DNA of 64,000 nt from Candidatus Omnitrophota bacterium (GCA_043821445.1 JBDRCT010000029.1:7317-71316), one strand, 5' to 3'. Counted from the first letter of the stretch, positions 28,077 to 40,374 are shown. Notes: a model not told the origin generated them from the letters alone. A program made the numbers and translations.

Positions 28077-28155
28077 CGTCGCGCGTTTTGTCCGCGGTGT
28101 TTTTCCTGTCGCAAAGCATTCTCACGCTTTTTAGCTATAAGGCGACTAATACATT

Positions 28156-28464
28156 ATGAATAACATGCTGACCTTCGACGAGGTGAAAAACTTTCTCGGG
28201 GTCGAACAACAAGTGATCGAGCAGTTCATCCGGGATGAAGTTTTGCACGCCTACAAGATCGGCGGCGTGTATATTCGCTTCCGGAAAGAAGAGGTTCTCG
28301 GTCTTAAGTATGATGTCCTGCTTAAGAAAAAAAAAGGCGCGACTTCCGGTTCCTTCGGGCAGCGGTTGTGGGATTTTTGGCGATTCAATAATTTTTATAT
28401 CATCTCCGTTCTGATCATCGCGGCATTGGCGTATTGGTTTTTGCACACCACGGTGTCTTCTTAG
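28156..28464 (+). CDS. membrane-anchored helix-turn-helix protein (N-terminal excisionase-type HTH, C-terminal TM helix)
   Basis: LTFDEVKNFLGVEQQVIEQFIRDEVLHAYKIGGVYIRFRKEEV is paralogous to the HTH of the preceding gene. C-terminal hydrophobic helix FYIISVLIIAALAYWFL. Confidence 0.55.
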   Translation: MNNMLTFDEVKNFLGVEQQVIEQFIRDEVLHAYKIGGVYIRFRKEEVLGLKYDVLLKKKKGATSGSFGQRLWDFWRFNNFYIISVLIIAALAYWFLHTTVSS

Positions 28465-28474
28465 GGCGGCTATT

Positions 28475-28858
28475 TTGAAAATCCTTCAGGGTATCGATCT
28501 GGTCAAGGTCGAGCGGATGGAACGGACGATCGAGCGGACGTCAGGGAAGGCCTTTCTGAATCGCGTTTTTAGCGCTGTGGAGCAGGCCTATTGCGGCTCT
28601 AAACGCATGAAATTCGAGCATTACGCGGCCCGCCTTGCTGCAAAAGAAGCGGTTCTGAAGGCCCTCAAGGTTCGTCCGAAAAAAAACAGGCGGCTTTCGG
28701 AGATCGAGGTCAGGCACGAAGCTACCGGGAAGCCGTTTATTGCCCTAAGCTTAAAGTGTCGCAAGCAGTTCCATATCCCGGCACAGGCTCAGATCGAGTT
28801 GTCGGTTGCGCACGAACGTGAGTATGCGATCGCGACCGTTGTGGTCGTGATTCCCTAG
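28475..28858 (+). CDS. acpS: holo-[acyl-carrier-protein] synthase
   Basis: GIDLVKVERM…AARLAAKEAVLKALKV matches the 4'-phosphopantetheinyl transferase family. Confidence 0.8.
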   Translation: MKILQGIDLVKVERMERTIERTSGKAFLNRVFSAVEQAYCGSKRMKFEHYAARLAAKEAVLKALKVRPKKNRRLSEIEVRHEATGKPFIALSLKCRKQFHIPAQAQIELSVAHEREYAIATVVVVIP

Positions 28859-28874
28859 AAAAAAGAGATATGAA

Positions 28875-29648
28875 ATGAAACAAAAAATGCTCATCGTCAA
28901 CGCGGATGACTGCAACTTAACCTCTCAGGTCACATCAGCCATTTTGAAAGCCCACGAGAACGGAATTGTGACCAGCACGACCTTTTTAATTAATCTTCCA
29001 GTGGGGCCGGGCGTAGTCCGAGAGCTTCTGGGCAGAAAAAAACTCGGGATCGGACTTCATATCAATGTGACCCTTGGAAAGCCTGTGGCCAAGCCGGAAC
29101 TCGTGAGATCTCTCCTTCAGAAGGACGGGCGCTTCAAGAAAAAGGAACAGTATTCTGAAAAGAGACTGCCGCCTGTTTCCGAGATCGCAGAAGAGTTTAA
29201 AGCACAGCTCCTGAAATTTGTAAAGGTCTTCAAGCGATTGCCAACTCATGTGGATGTTCATCATCATATGCACGATTTTCGGCCATTTCTGGAAGCGCTT
29301 GCGGCGATCGCCCGAAAACACAATCTTCCTGTCCGTTGGACGCGGCTTTTGACCGAACCGGAGGTCAGAAATGCCCACAAGGATCTCAAAACCACGGACC
29401 ATTTTTATGGGAATATAGACCCGCACACATTCTGGACGGAAGAAGTGCTGAGGCATTTACTTTTCACACTTCCGGAGGGGACAAGCGAGATCATGTGCCA
29501 TCCGGGATGGGTGGATGATGAACTTTGCTCCATCAGTTCGCTTACGATCCCGCGTGAGAGAGAGTATCAGCTTTTCAGTTTGAAGGAACTACGCAGGTAT
29601 GTCGACCATCTCGGGATCCGGTTGGCGCATTTTGGATGCTTGCGTTAG
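28875..29648 (+). CDS. YdjC/ChbG-family carbohydrate deacetylase-like protein
   Basis: MLIVNADDCNLTSQVTSAILKAHENGIVTSTTFLIN matches the YdjC family signature. Confidence 0.75.
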   Translation: MKQKMLIVNADDCNLTSQVTSAILKAHENGIVTSTTFLINLPVGPGVVRELLGRKKLGIGLHINVTLGKPVAKPELVRSLLQKDGRFKKKEQYSEKRLPPVSEIAEEFKAQLLKFVKVFKRLPTHVDVHHHMHDFRPFLEALAAIARKHNLPVRWTRLLTEPEVRNAHKDLKTTDHFYGNIDPHTFWTEEVLRHLLFTLPEGTSEIMCHPGWVDDELCSISSLTIPREREYQLFSLKELRRYVDHLGIRLAHFGCLR

Positions 29649-29770
29649 GGTCACAAAGAATAATGTGAGAGCGATTTAGGACGTCGCGGTATTTTTATTT
29701 ATGTCATTCCTTTGACAGCGGAAACCCAGAGTGGATCCCCGATGAAAGCATCCAAGGATGACAAAAAGCG

Positions 29771-29962
29771 CTACTTTACGATGGTTCCATCAAGTGTTTC
29801 AAAGATGATCGTGACGAGGTTATGACATTTGGGGCATTTGATTTGCTTAAAAGCCTGGATATTATCATGTTTGGGGCGGTACATGATCGAGAGAATCTTA
29901 GTGACGAAGCTAGCTTCACTGCCGGACCATTGGCAAGCGGGACAGTTATAAGCTGATTTCAT
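29771..29962 (-). CDS. small zinc-ribbon protein (CPxC…CPKC)
   Basis: 63 aa with two CxxC pairs. Confidence 0.4.
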   Translation of the reverse strand: MKSAYNCPACQWSGSEASFVTKILSIMYRPKHDNIQAFKQIKCPKCHNLVTIIFETLDGTIVK

Positions 29963-30083
29963 GGGCGCCTCTTGTTAACGTTTGCTGATCTTTGTTGCGC
30001 ATGGAAAGCATCGGCTAGCGTGCTTAAAAACTTTAAATATGTTTGGATTTCCGTGAAGATTCCAAAAGTGTCCGGAGGATGTT

Positions 30084-30425
30084 GTGAAAATCAGAATGAT
30101 CAGTCTCGTGTTTGTGCTGCTGTTTTGCCAGCCATTTTCTCCCGCTTATGCGGCCGAGGAGCCTGGATATTTCACCCAGTTGGGACGGGCTTTCACACGA
30201 GGGCTCAAGAACATAGTGAGTTTTCCGTGGGAGATCCCTTTGACCATCAGCCGCTATGATCAGAAAACTAACGGTAACCCCCGTGTTTTCCGGAATGCGG
30301 AGGGTTTTGTGGATGGAACGTTCCGTGCCGTGACAAGATTTGGCTGCGGTGCTTGGGATGTTCTCTTTTCTGTGGTACCCGGGCAGCAAAATGAATTACC
30401 TCTCAAGCCCGAGACTCTTTTTTGA
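30084..30425 (+). CDS. small secreted protein, paralog B of the 5532 gene
   Basis: GGAGGA RBS then GTG 30084 and a signal peptide. Shares TRGLKNIVSFPWEIPLTI with paralog A. Confidence 0.6.
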   Translation: MKIRMISLVFVLLFCQPFSPAYAAEEPGYFTQLGRAFTRGLKNIVSFPWEIPLTISRYDQKTNGNPRVFRNAEGFVDGTFRAVTRFGCGAWDVLFSVVPGQQNELPLKPETLF

Positions 30426-30542
30426 GCTTCGGAACCCTTTTCTTGTAAATCCGCAGTATCTTAAGTAGAATACCGCCTCTTGCGTTTTCGGAACCTGAGA
30501 GCAGATAGGACAATCGGAAAGAAATCTTTGTTCCTTGTATCA

Positions 30543-30555
30543 TGGGCCGGTAGTT
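30543..30555 (+). repeat. 13-nt exact duplicate of the tRNA-Ala 5' end (TGGGCCGGTAGTT), also at 30651-30663
   Basis: Seen in sequence. Chance expectation within 115 bp is about 1e-6. Confidence 0.5.
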
Positions 30556-30651
30556 TCCATCTCGCTTATAGCGAGGACGGATCCGTCCTTCGGCAACGCC
30601 GGAGGCGGACAGTTGGGTTGGATAATAGCTAAGCTCATAGGTGCTTATCGT

Positions 30652-30727
<76 letters not shown>

Positions 30728-30819
30728 TTCTTTCAGCCATGAGTCTTGACTGCAGGGGTGGGGTATGGGTCCGATATCGCCAGCGGCTCAAGGCATGGAA
30801 TTCATGGTTCTGTGCTGAA

Positions 30820-30862
30820 TTTTGCGGGGATGGCGGAACTGGCAGACGCACTGGACTCAAAA
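30820..30862 (+). repeat. 43-nt direct repeat = 5' half of tRNA-Leu(CAA) (through the anticodon loop) plus 4 upstream nt; identical to 40800-40842 (putative attL)
   Basis: TTTTGCGGGGATGGCGGAACTGGCAGACGCACTGGACTCAAAA is present at both sites. The copy here diverges after the anticodon loop. Confidence 0.75.
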
Positions 30863-30880
30863 AGCGTCTGCCTTTTTTTT
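30841..30880 (+). terminator. rho-independent terminator built from the tRNA-Leu fragment
   Basis: 9-bp stem GGCAGACGC/GCGTCTGCC with a 14-nt loop, followed by T8. Confidence 0.6.
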
Positions 30881-30990
30881 GCGAACCTCTTGTGTTTCCT
30901 TCATTTACATCATTTCTTCTCTACAAAATATCTTTTTTGATTTGTTCTGTGCTGACCTCTCTTGACCTCACATAAGGCTTATTCAGCGCT

Positions 30991-31016
30991 AAAATAGACA
31001 CAAAATGGTCACAAGG
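30991..31016 (+). repeat. 26-nt direct repeat AAAATAGACACAAAATGGTCACAAGG, second copy at 40704-40729
   Basis: Exact copy, seen in sequence. Nested inside the 43-nt repeat pair. Confidence 0.7.
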
Positions 31017-31585
31017 GGTTCATGTTGGATTTCGGTTATAAAGCCAACGGGCGAAGCAAACGCAGAAGCGGGTACTTAAATTCAAGGATTTCCATCTTTT
31101 ACCAGTTTTATGCGGGTGCATTGTTTTTGATAAAATGAGCTGCACTCCGGACATTTTTCGGACGCCAGCTTTTTATTTTTTATCCTTCAAAAACTAAACT
31201 CCCACCCTCGTTTCATTCTTATCATTTTTAGTATCATTCTGATTAGCCCCACCATGAAAGGTCATAAACCGCGAGCTTCAATATCGAGTAAAAACCACCT
31301 ATTTAAATATCGGTTTCTTGTAAATCGCGACGTTTGCCCAGGGGAATACGCTCGATAGCGTGTTACCTTCTTGGAGCAACAGTGGACAAAAAATAAGAAG
31401 ATTTCAAAAAAGGTCTGTGGAGTTCTTTCAAGAGAAACAGCGGTGATGGCGATTTTTTCTTCAATCTTGGGAAACGGAGCGGGATTCAAGGTTTTTGGCG
31501 TATAATATAGTTCGTGAGAGGGGTCATTGTTCTGAAGACTTTGTCTTCCGAAGGTCCCATTAAACCAAAAGAATAGGAGCGCGCG

Positions 31586-34500
31586 TTGAGTCTAAAGTTT
31601 TTTAAGGACTTCATTCTGGCTGTCAAAATGCGTCTCGGTGCTTTTTGGGCCCGGAAGAAGATCGCCGAGGAACAGCCTCTTCGTGCCGAGCTTTTCAGTA
31701 TTGATCAGTTTAAGGCGCATGCGAAAGGCCTGGCCCAAAGACATCGTGTCAGTTACAAAAAGGGGCAGAACCGGCTCTTGCTTCGGTTGAGAAAAAATGA
31801 ACAGGTGCTTTCGGAGATCCACGAATTACTTAACGAGACGGGAAAACCCAAACGAAGGATCGCGCCGGCCGGAGAATGGCTTCTCGATAATTATTATCTC
31901 ATTGAAGAACAAATAAGGCTCGCCCAGAAATACCTCCCGGGAAAGTACATCCGCGAACTTCCCCATCTTCTTCGAGGACCGCTTGCCGGTTATCCGCGTG
32001 TTTATGAGCTTGCCATGGAGCTTGTCTCCCACGGCGACGGACGGCTGGATAGCCAGGGGCTTGCGGAGTTTGTCACGGCATATCAAACCGTCAGCCACTT
32101 GAAACTCGGCGAACTGTGGGCCATCCCCATTATGTTAAGGCTGGCGCTTATCGAAAACTTGAGGCGCGTATCCTCCCGGTTGATTGTGGCACAAATGGAA
32201 AGAGATAAAGCGGATCATTGGGCGACGCGGATCCTGGGAGTTTCGGCCAAAGATACCGATGGGGTGATCTTTGAAATCGCAGCGATGGCCAAAGGGAACC
32301 TGCCGCTTTCCGACGCTTTTGTCGCGGAATTCACACGGCGTTTGCATGGTCAAAGCCAAGCGCTCACTCTTCCTTTTGCTTGGTTGGAAAAGAAACTTGC
32401 GGAGCAAGGAGAGACCCTCGACAGAATCATCCGGGCAACCAGCCAAAAACAGGCGGCCGATCAGGTCTCGATCGCGAACACGATTGGGAGTCTGCGTCTT
32501 CTGGAAGTTACCAATTGGCATGATTTTGTCGAAGCCTTGAGCGTTGTCGAAAAGGTTTTGAGCCAGGATCCATCGGGAGATTACAGCCGGATGTCTTTCG
32601 AGACCCGCGATCGCTATCGGCATGTCGTGGAGAAGCTTTCTTTGAGAAGCAAGACCGGCGAAGAGAAGATCGCGGCGCGCGCGATCCAGATCGCAAAGAG
32701 GGCCGAAGGGGAGAAAGGTCCTGGCCACGTCACGACGCATGTAGGTTTTTATCTTCTCGATAAAGGATTGGAGCTTTTTTGTGGCGAACTGGGCTTTCGC
32801 TTACCTCTCCGGCAGTATCTTCAGGCGAAAAAAAATTTTTGGCCGGCTGTCCTGTATTTTTCTTCCATTACTGTGATGACCCTTACCTTGACCGCAGGTA
32901 TTTTGTTTTGGATGAAGCCAGGGGGGAGCTCGAATTGGCCGTGGTTTCTTTTATTCGGGATGCTCCTTCTGTTCGCGATAAGCCAGACGGCGGTGTCACT
33001 TGTCAACTGGTTTTCCGCGATGCTCGTGAGCCCCCAAGACCTTCCCCGGATGGATTTTTCAGAAGGAATTCCCGCTTACGCCCATACGCTGGTCGTGATC
33101 CCTTGCATGCTCAGTAACGCGCGCATGGTTACCGCACTTTTCGAAGGGCTAGAGGTCCACTATCTTGCGAATATCGACGCGAATACGGATTTTGCCCTCT
33201 TAACGGATTTTTGCGATGCCCCGCAGGAGACGATGCCTGAGGATGCGGCCTTGTTGGAGCAAGTTACGGACGGGATTGAGCAGCTGAATCACAAATATCG
33301 ACGGCGGAAAGATCACGTTTTCTATCTTCTTCACAGGCCGCGCCGGTGGAATGAAAAAGAAAAGGTGTGGATGGGGTATGAACGCAAGCGGGGCAAACTG
33401 GCGGATCTTAATGCGTTCCTTCGCGGAAAAGGGGAAGGCCGGTTTAGCGTGATTCTCGGGGACCCGCAGAGGCTTCAGACCGTGAAATATGTCATCACGC
33501 TGGATACGGACACCCGGATGCCACGGAACGCGGCGCGGGAGCTTGTCGGGGTCATCGCGCATCCGTTGAACAAGGCGGTCTATGATGAAAAAAAACAGCG
33601 GGTCATCTCCGGATACGGGATCCTCCAGCCCCGGGTCGAATCCAGTTATCCTGGAGAAAATCCTTCTTTGTTCGTGAGAGTCTTTGGAGGCGATTCCGGG
33701 ATCGATCCTTACACCAAAGCGGTGTCCGATATTTACCAGGATCTTTTCTTCGAAGGGTCTTTTATCGGTAAAGGGCTTTATGACGTCGATGCGTTCGAAA
33801 GATCCATGGAAGGCCGTTTCCCGGAAAATCTTATCTTAAGTCATGATCTTTGGAGGGCTGTTACGCCCGCTCAGGGCTTGTGACGAATGTTCAATTCTAC
33901 GAGGAATATCCCTCGGGTTATCTTAAAGACTCAAACAGGAGATACCGTTGGATCCGCGGGGATTGGCAAATCGTTCCCTGGTTGTTCGCTTCGGTCCGCG
34001 GGTCCAGCGGCGCAAAGGCCCGAAATCCGGTTTCTTTTCTGTCTCAATGGAAGATCGTGGATAACTTAAGACGGAGTCTTGTTCCTTTTGCGACGGTTTT
34101 GCTGCTTGTGTCAGGCTGGATGTTTTTTCAGCCATCCTGGATGTGGTCGGTCTTTGTGATCGTTCTTCTTGGTTTTCCCCTCGTGCCGATATCTCTGACG
34201 GAGGCGGTGAGGAAACCCGGGGATCTGACCTTCAAGACCCATTTTGGGCTGGTGTTGTCTTCATTCAAGAAGAACGTGGTCCGGTTCTTCTTCTCGATCG
34301 CTTTTTTGCTGCACGAGGCGTTCTATTCTTTGGATGCGATCGTGCGAACTTTGTGGAGAATGTTCGTGTCGCGGAGGCATTTGCTGGAATGGCGGCCCTC
34401 CCGGGATTCGGAAGTGTCTCTGCGAAAAAATATTTTAGATTGCTACAGGAACATATTCCTGGAACCCATTGCCGCGGGGCTATTGCTGGTTTGCCCTTCG

Positions 34501-37500
34501 GGTGTGTTCCCGACTTTCGACGGGTTGGCGCTGATCCTTTTAAGCCTGTGGTTCCTTTCTCCTCTTGTGGCGTATGGGATCAGCCGACCCTCTTCTCCCC
34601 GCAAGATCCTGCTGTCCAAAACGCAGGTCCTGTTTCTCAGAAATCTTGCCAGGAGAACTTGGGCGTTCTTCGAGAACTTTGTGACCGAGAAGGAACATTG
34701 GCTACCTCCGGACAACTTCCAGGAAGAGCCCGTGAGGGTCGTAGCCCACAGGACCTCTCCGACGAATATCGGCCTGTTGCTGCTGGCGAATTTGACGGCC
34801 TATGATTTTGGTTATGTTTCGATGGGAATGATGTTCCACAGGACCGAAAAAACATTCGATACCCTAAACTTAATGGAAAAATTCAGGGGGCATTTTTATA
34901 ATTGGTACGATACGGAATCGCTCAGGCCGCTCCTGCCTCTTTATGTCTCTTCAGTCGACAGCGGGAACCTGGCCGGTCATCTCATGGTGCTTCGCTCGGG
35001 GCTCGCGGAAATGAACGCGCAAAAGGTCGTCTCTCCTAAAGCATTTAACGGCCTTACGGACACGTTGAATATCCTGCATCAAAGTATCACGGAGCTTGAG
35101 AAAAGCCAAAAAAACGCCGTCTCCGAACCTCTTCGGGGAGTTTTCGAAAGGATCAAGCAATTCCAGGAAAAGACCAAGACTTCACCCGCATGCCTTTCGG
35201 AGATCCATACGCTTTTACGCCAACTTTCAACAGATATTTCAAAGGTCCTTTCGGTCCTGGACCAGAAATATTATGAAAAAGTCAAAAAATGGGCCCGTGC
35301 CTTCGAGAGGCAATGTTACGATTTTCTGGAAGATATGTCTTTTATCGCTCCCTGGATCCTGCTTGCCCCGGAAACGCCCGGGATGTGGGACGGAGGAGAT
35401 GAGGCGCAAAATAAGCGGCTGGCCCGGCTCCGTGAGGCCTTGCAGTATTTGGATGAGATCCCTACTCTCGGGGAAGTGGCAAGGCTTGAGCAAAAACTGG
35501 TTCCGCTTATCGAGGAGATCGCTCGGGCCCTGGTCCTTACGGACGAGGAGTCCCGTAGGACCTACGACTGGTTCATGAAACTCCGTGACGCGATCAAGGA
35601 AGCCGGGACACGGTCCGCAGAGCGGATCAAGGCGATCGACTATATCGTTTTGCGATGTAATGAAGTCTCCGGCATCGAATATGAGTTCTTGTACGACAAG
35701 GACTCTCACCTCCTTTCCATCGGATACAATGTCAGTGAGCACAAGGTGGATCGCGGTTGTTATGACCTTTTGGCGTCCGAGGCCAGGCTCTGCAGTTTTG
35801 TCGCGATCGCCCAAGGAAGAATGCCTCAGGATCATTGGTTCAAGCTTGGCCGGATGATCTCAAAGTCCGAAGGAGATCATGTCCTGGTCTCCTGGGGCGG
35901 ATCGATGTTTGAATATCTCATGCCTCTCTTGGTGATGCCGACCTATGAAGGGAGTCTGCTGGACCGGACCTACAAGGCCGTGGTCAGCGGTCAGATCCGG
36001 TATGCGGCCAAGAACAATATTCCCTGGGGGATATCAGAGTCCGGCTACAATAAGATCGACGCGAACAGGGTCTACCAGTATCATTCGTTCGGAGTTCCGG
36101 ACATGGGGTTCAAGCGCGGCCTCGCGGAGGATCTGGTCGTGGCTCCGTATGCCTCGATGCTAGCCCTGATGGTAGAACCGGAAAAGGCCTGCGAGAATCT
36201 CGGGCGCTTATCCGCGGAAGGAGCCGGAGGAATCTATGGTTTCTACGAAGCAGTGGATTACACGCCGGCGCGTCTTACCCCGGATGAAACCCGGGCGGTC
36301 GTGAAATCCTACATGGCCCATCATCAAGGTATGAGTTTGTTGTCCCTGGCTTATGTGTTACTGGATCGTCCGATGCAAAGACGCTTTCTCGCGGAACCGA
36401 TGTTCAAATCAACGGAACTTCTTCTCCAGGAACGGGTCCCCACCGCCGAATCTTTTCTCTACGATTTTGAAGTGACTGGTATGCTCCGGAAATTTGGAGA
36501 ACGGGAAACGCTTTTGCGGGTGTTCACGACCCCTCACACACCGGTGCCTGAAGTCCATCCTCTCTCGAATGGCCGGTATCATGTGATGGTCACCAATGCC
36601 GGAGGAGGCTACAGCCGTTGGAAAAATCTTGCAGTGACGCGATGGGTCGAGGACTCGGCGCTCGACAACGACGGAACCTTCATCTACATCCGGGATGTGG
36701 AGTCCGGCCAGTTCTGGTCCTCGGCGTATCAGCCGACGCAAAAAAAACCAAGAAACTATGAGGCCTTGTTTTCCCAGGCTTGGGTGGAATTCAAACGGAG
36801 GGACCACCAGATCGATACGCATACCGAGATCGCGGTCTCTCCGGAAGATGACATTGAACTGCGTCGCGTGACGATCACCAATCGGTCTCGGAACAGACGT
36901 ATCATCGAAGTGACTAGCTATGCGGAAGTCGTCTTGAACGATCCCGCAAGTGATCAGGCCCATCGGGCGTTCAGCAACCTGTTCGTTCAGACCGAAATTA
37001 TCCGGTCTCACCAAGCGATCCTTTGCCGGCGGCGGCCGCGGTTCGACAAGGAAATATTCCCTTGGATGTTGCATCTGATGGCGGTCCATGGGGATGCGGT
37101 CGTTGGTGCCTCTTACGAGACGGATCGGAACAAATTTATCGGACGAGGCCATACCGTGGCTGATCCCGCAGCGATGGAGGGGCGCGGCCATCTCTCAGAT
37201 AGTGAAGGTTCTGTGCTCGACCCGATCGTTTCGATACGGAGCCGGATCGAGCTGGCGCCCGACGAATCAGCCGTGATCGATTATGTGATGGGAATGTGTG
37301 AGAATCGCGAAGCTGCTCAGGCCTTGATGGAAAAATATAGGGACCGGAATCTGGCCGACCGTGTTTTTAACCTGGCCTGGACCCACGGGCAGGTTGCTTT
37401 GCAGCAGATTAATGCTACGGAGGCTGCCGCCCAGTTGTACGGCCGTCTGGTCAGTGCCATTCTGTATGCCAATCCCGCGTGGAGAGCGAGCGCGAGTATC

Positions 37501-40374
37501 TTGCGGCGAAATAACCGGGGGCAGCCGGATCTTTGGGGATACGGTATTTCGGGTGATCTTCCGATCGTGCTTGTATGCATCGAAAATCAGGACAATATCG
37601 ATCTTATCGTGCAGATGATCCAGGCTCATGCCTATTGGCGCATGAAGGGGCTGGCGGTCGATCTGGTCATATGGAACGAAGATACTTCCGTTTACCGCGA
37701 TAGTCTTGGGGAACGGATCAGCGGGTTGATCGCTGCGAATGCCGAGGAAAGAGCGGGCCAGAGAGGCGGTATTTTCTTAAGGCGCGTCGATCAGATGTCA
37801 GATGAGGACCGGATCCTTATGCAAACGGTTGCGCGGATCATTATTTCGGATCGCGGAGGTACGCTAGCTGAGCAGCTGGAGGATATGACGCAGCCCAAAG
37901 CGAACTTGCTCCCTTTTGTTCCGACCCGGAAAGAGGATCAAGAGGAAGAGGATCGAGGCCCCGCGGAGCGCTCCGATCTGGCTTATTTTAACGGCGTAGG
38001 AGGATTTACCTTGGACGGGCGGGAATACGTGATCACGACCTCACGATCGAGGCCTACTCCCGCTCCGTGGGTCAATGTGCTGGCGAACCGGCATTTCGGT
38101 ACGGTGGTTTCGGAAAGTGGAAGTGCTTACACCTGGAGCGAGAATGCACATGAATTTCGTCTTACACCTTGGAAGAATGATCCCGTTTCGGATGCTTCCG
38201 GAGAGGCGCTTTACATCCGCGATGACGAAAGCGGGAGATTTTGGTCTCCAACCCCGTTTCCCGCGATGGGGAAGACCCGTTACACTTCGCGCCATGGATT
38301 CGGCTATAGCATTTTTGAACACACTGAAAACGGGATCGTTTCGGAATTAACGGTGTTCGTTTCCCTGGAGGAGCGCGTTAAATTCTCAAGTTTGAAGATC
38401 AAGAATATTTCCGGGCGCCGGCGGCGTCTTTCCGTGACGGCGTATTATGAGCTGGTCATGGGAACCATCCGGGATAAATATCACACGCATATCGTGACCG
38501 AGATCGATCCTAAAAGCGGTGCTCTGCTTGCGCGGAATCCCTATAACAAAGCATTTCCGGACCGGGCTGTTTTTTTAGATGTCAGTGAACCGGTGCGTTT
38601 CGTCACCGGGGACCGGATCGAATTTATCGGAAGGAACGGGATGATGCAAGCGCCTTCCGTGATGCGAAGGGACAGGCTTTCCGGCAAAGTGGGCGCGAGG
38701 ATCGACCCTTGTGTTGCCACGCAGGTTAAATTCGATCTTGAGGGAGACCAGGAAAAAGAGATCCTTTTCACTTTCGGCTCCGGGAAAACGGTAGATGAAG
38801 CGCGGGACCTCGTCCGGCGTTTTAGCGGCAGTGAGGCAGCGCGTCAGGAACTTGAAAGAGTGTGGGAATACTGGAAACGGACTCTAGGGGTCGTGTATGT
38901 GGAAACGCCCGATGTCTCGATCGATTTTCTCGTGAACGGATGGTTGCAATATCAAATCATCAGCTGCCGTCTCATGGGGCGAAGCGGTTTTTATCAATCC
39001 GGCGGGGCCTTCGGCTTCCGGGACCAGCTTCAGGACGTGATGGCGCTCGTCCATTCGAAACCGGAAATGGTCCGGGAGCAATTGCTCTTCTTTGCTGCGC
39101 ACCAGTTTGTGGAAGGAGATGTGCAGCACTGGTGGCATCCGCCCTCCGGCCGCGGGGTTCGGAGCCAGTGTTCGGATGATTATCTGTGGCTTCCGTTCGT
39201 GACGTGTCTCTATGTCGAAAAGATCGGGGACACAGGGATCCTTGATGAAACGATCGGGTTCCTGGAAGGGCCGCCGGTCAAGCCGGAAGAAGAATCTTAC
39301 TACGATATGCCGAGAGCCTCCGCCTTGGCTGGGACCCTTTACGAACATTGTGTTTTGAGTGTTAAAAGAGGGTTGAAGTTCGGCGCTCACGGCCTTCCTC
39401 TCATGGGAAGCGGGGACTGGAATGACGGGATGAATCTGGTCGGGCGCGAAGGAAAAGGCGAAAGCGTCTGGCTCGCTTTTTTTCTTTTCGATGTTCTTAA
39501 ATCGATGGCGGTTCTGGCAGCCCAGCGCGGGGATACGGCCTTTTCGGAGTTCTGTGTTGCAGAGTCCGGAAAGCTTGCTAGGAATATTGAAGAGCATGCG
39601 TGGGACGGCGAGTGGTATCGCCGGGCTTATTTCGACAATGGAGATCTTCTGGGTTCTTCCCAGAATAGCGAATGCCGGATCGATTCGATCTCACAGTCCT
39701 GGGCGGTCCTTTCAGGCGCGGCCGAGCGGGACAGGGCCCGAAGGGCCATGGATCAGGTGGACCGGCAGTTGGTCGACAGGAAACACGCGCTCGTCAAATT
39801 ATTCGACCCGCCTTTTAATAAAGCTTTTCCCAACCCGGGATACATCAAAGGCTATGTCCCCGGCGTGCGGGAGAACGGCGGACAGTACACGCACGCTGCC
39901 GTCTGGGTGGCGATCGCGTTCGCGGTCTTAGGGGATAAAAAACGGGCTTGGGAGTTACTTAATATGATCAACCCGGTGCATCATTCCGATACTGCCGATA
40001 AGTGCGCCGTTTACAAAGCGGAACCGTTCGTGATGGCCGGAGATGTCTATGCCGCTCCGGGTTTTTCCGGACGCGGGGGATGGACTTGGTACACAGGATC
40101 CGCGTCCTGGATGTATCAACTTATCGTGAAGTATTTGATGGGGCTCCGGCTGAAAGTGGACAGGCTTTATTTCGAGCCGTGTCTTCCCGCGGATTGGTCT
40201 TCTTGGAAGTTGCATTACCGATATCGGGAGACCTTCTATCACATCACATTTCTTCGGGCGGGATCTTTGGACCACGTGATTTCCGTGACCGTGGACGGCG
40301 TCGAGCAGGAAGAGAGAACCCTCCTGCTTGTTGATGACCGGATTGAGCACTCAGCCGAGGTGAAAATCGGATAA
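31586..40374 (+). pseudogene. cyclic beta-1,2-glucan synthase (Cgs/NdvB/ChvB-like, GT84 + GH94 domains, ~2930 aa) split by a -1 frameshift at ~33848-33850
   Basis: ORF1 (765 aa) ends …NLILSHDLWRAVTPAQGL*. ORF2 begins (TTG) LEGCYARSGLVTNVQFYEEYPSGY…RWIRGDWQI. Intact homologs read …SHDLLEGCYARSGLV…, so one T is missing from a T-run (CTTTGG where CTTTTGG is expected). The N-terminus (…GYPRVYELAMELVSH…GELWAIPIMLRLALIENLRR) is typical of Cgs. Confidence 0.8.

Noticed and set aside
30536-30650. Second tRNA or structured small RNA between the 13-nt tRNA-Ala duplicate and tRNA-Ala
   Set aside because: It starts like tRNA-Ala but lacks a T-arm and a complementary acceptor 3' end. Local hairpins are present but there is no recognisable RNA family. 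Treated as a tRNA fragment plus spacer.
36409-37191. 260-aa minus-strand ORF (and the similar 38884-39597 ORF) inside the glucan synthase gene
   Set aside because: Antisense shadow ORFs in a GC-rich coding region, with no RBS or domain signal.
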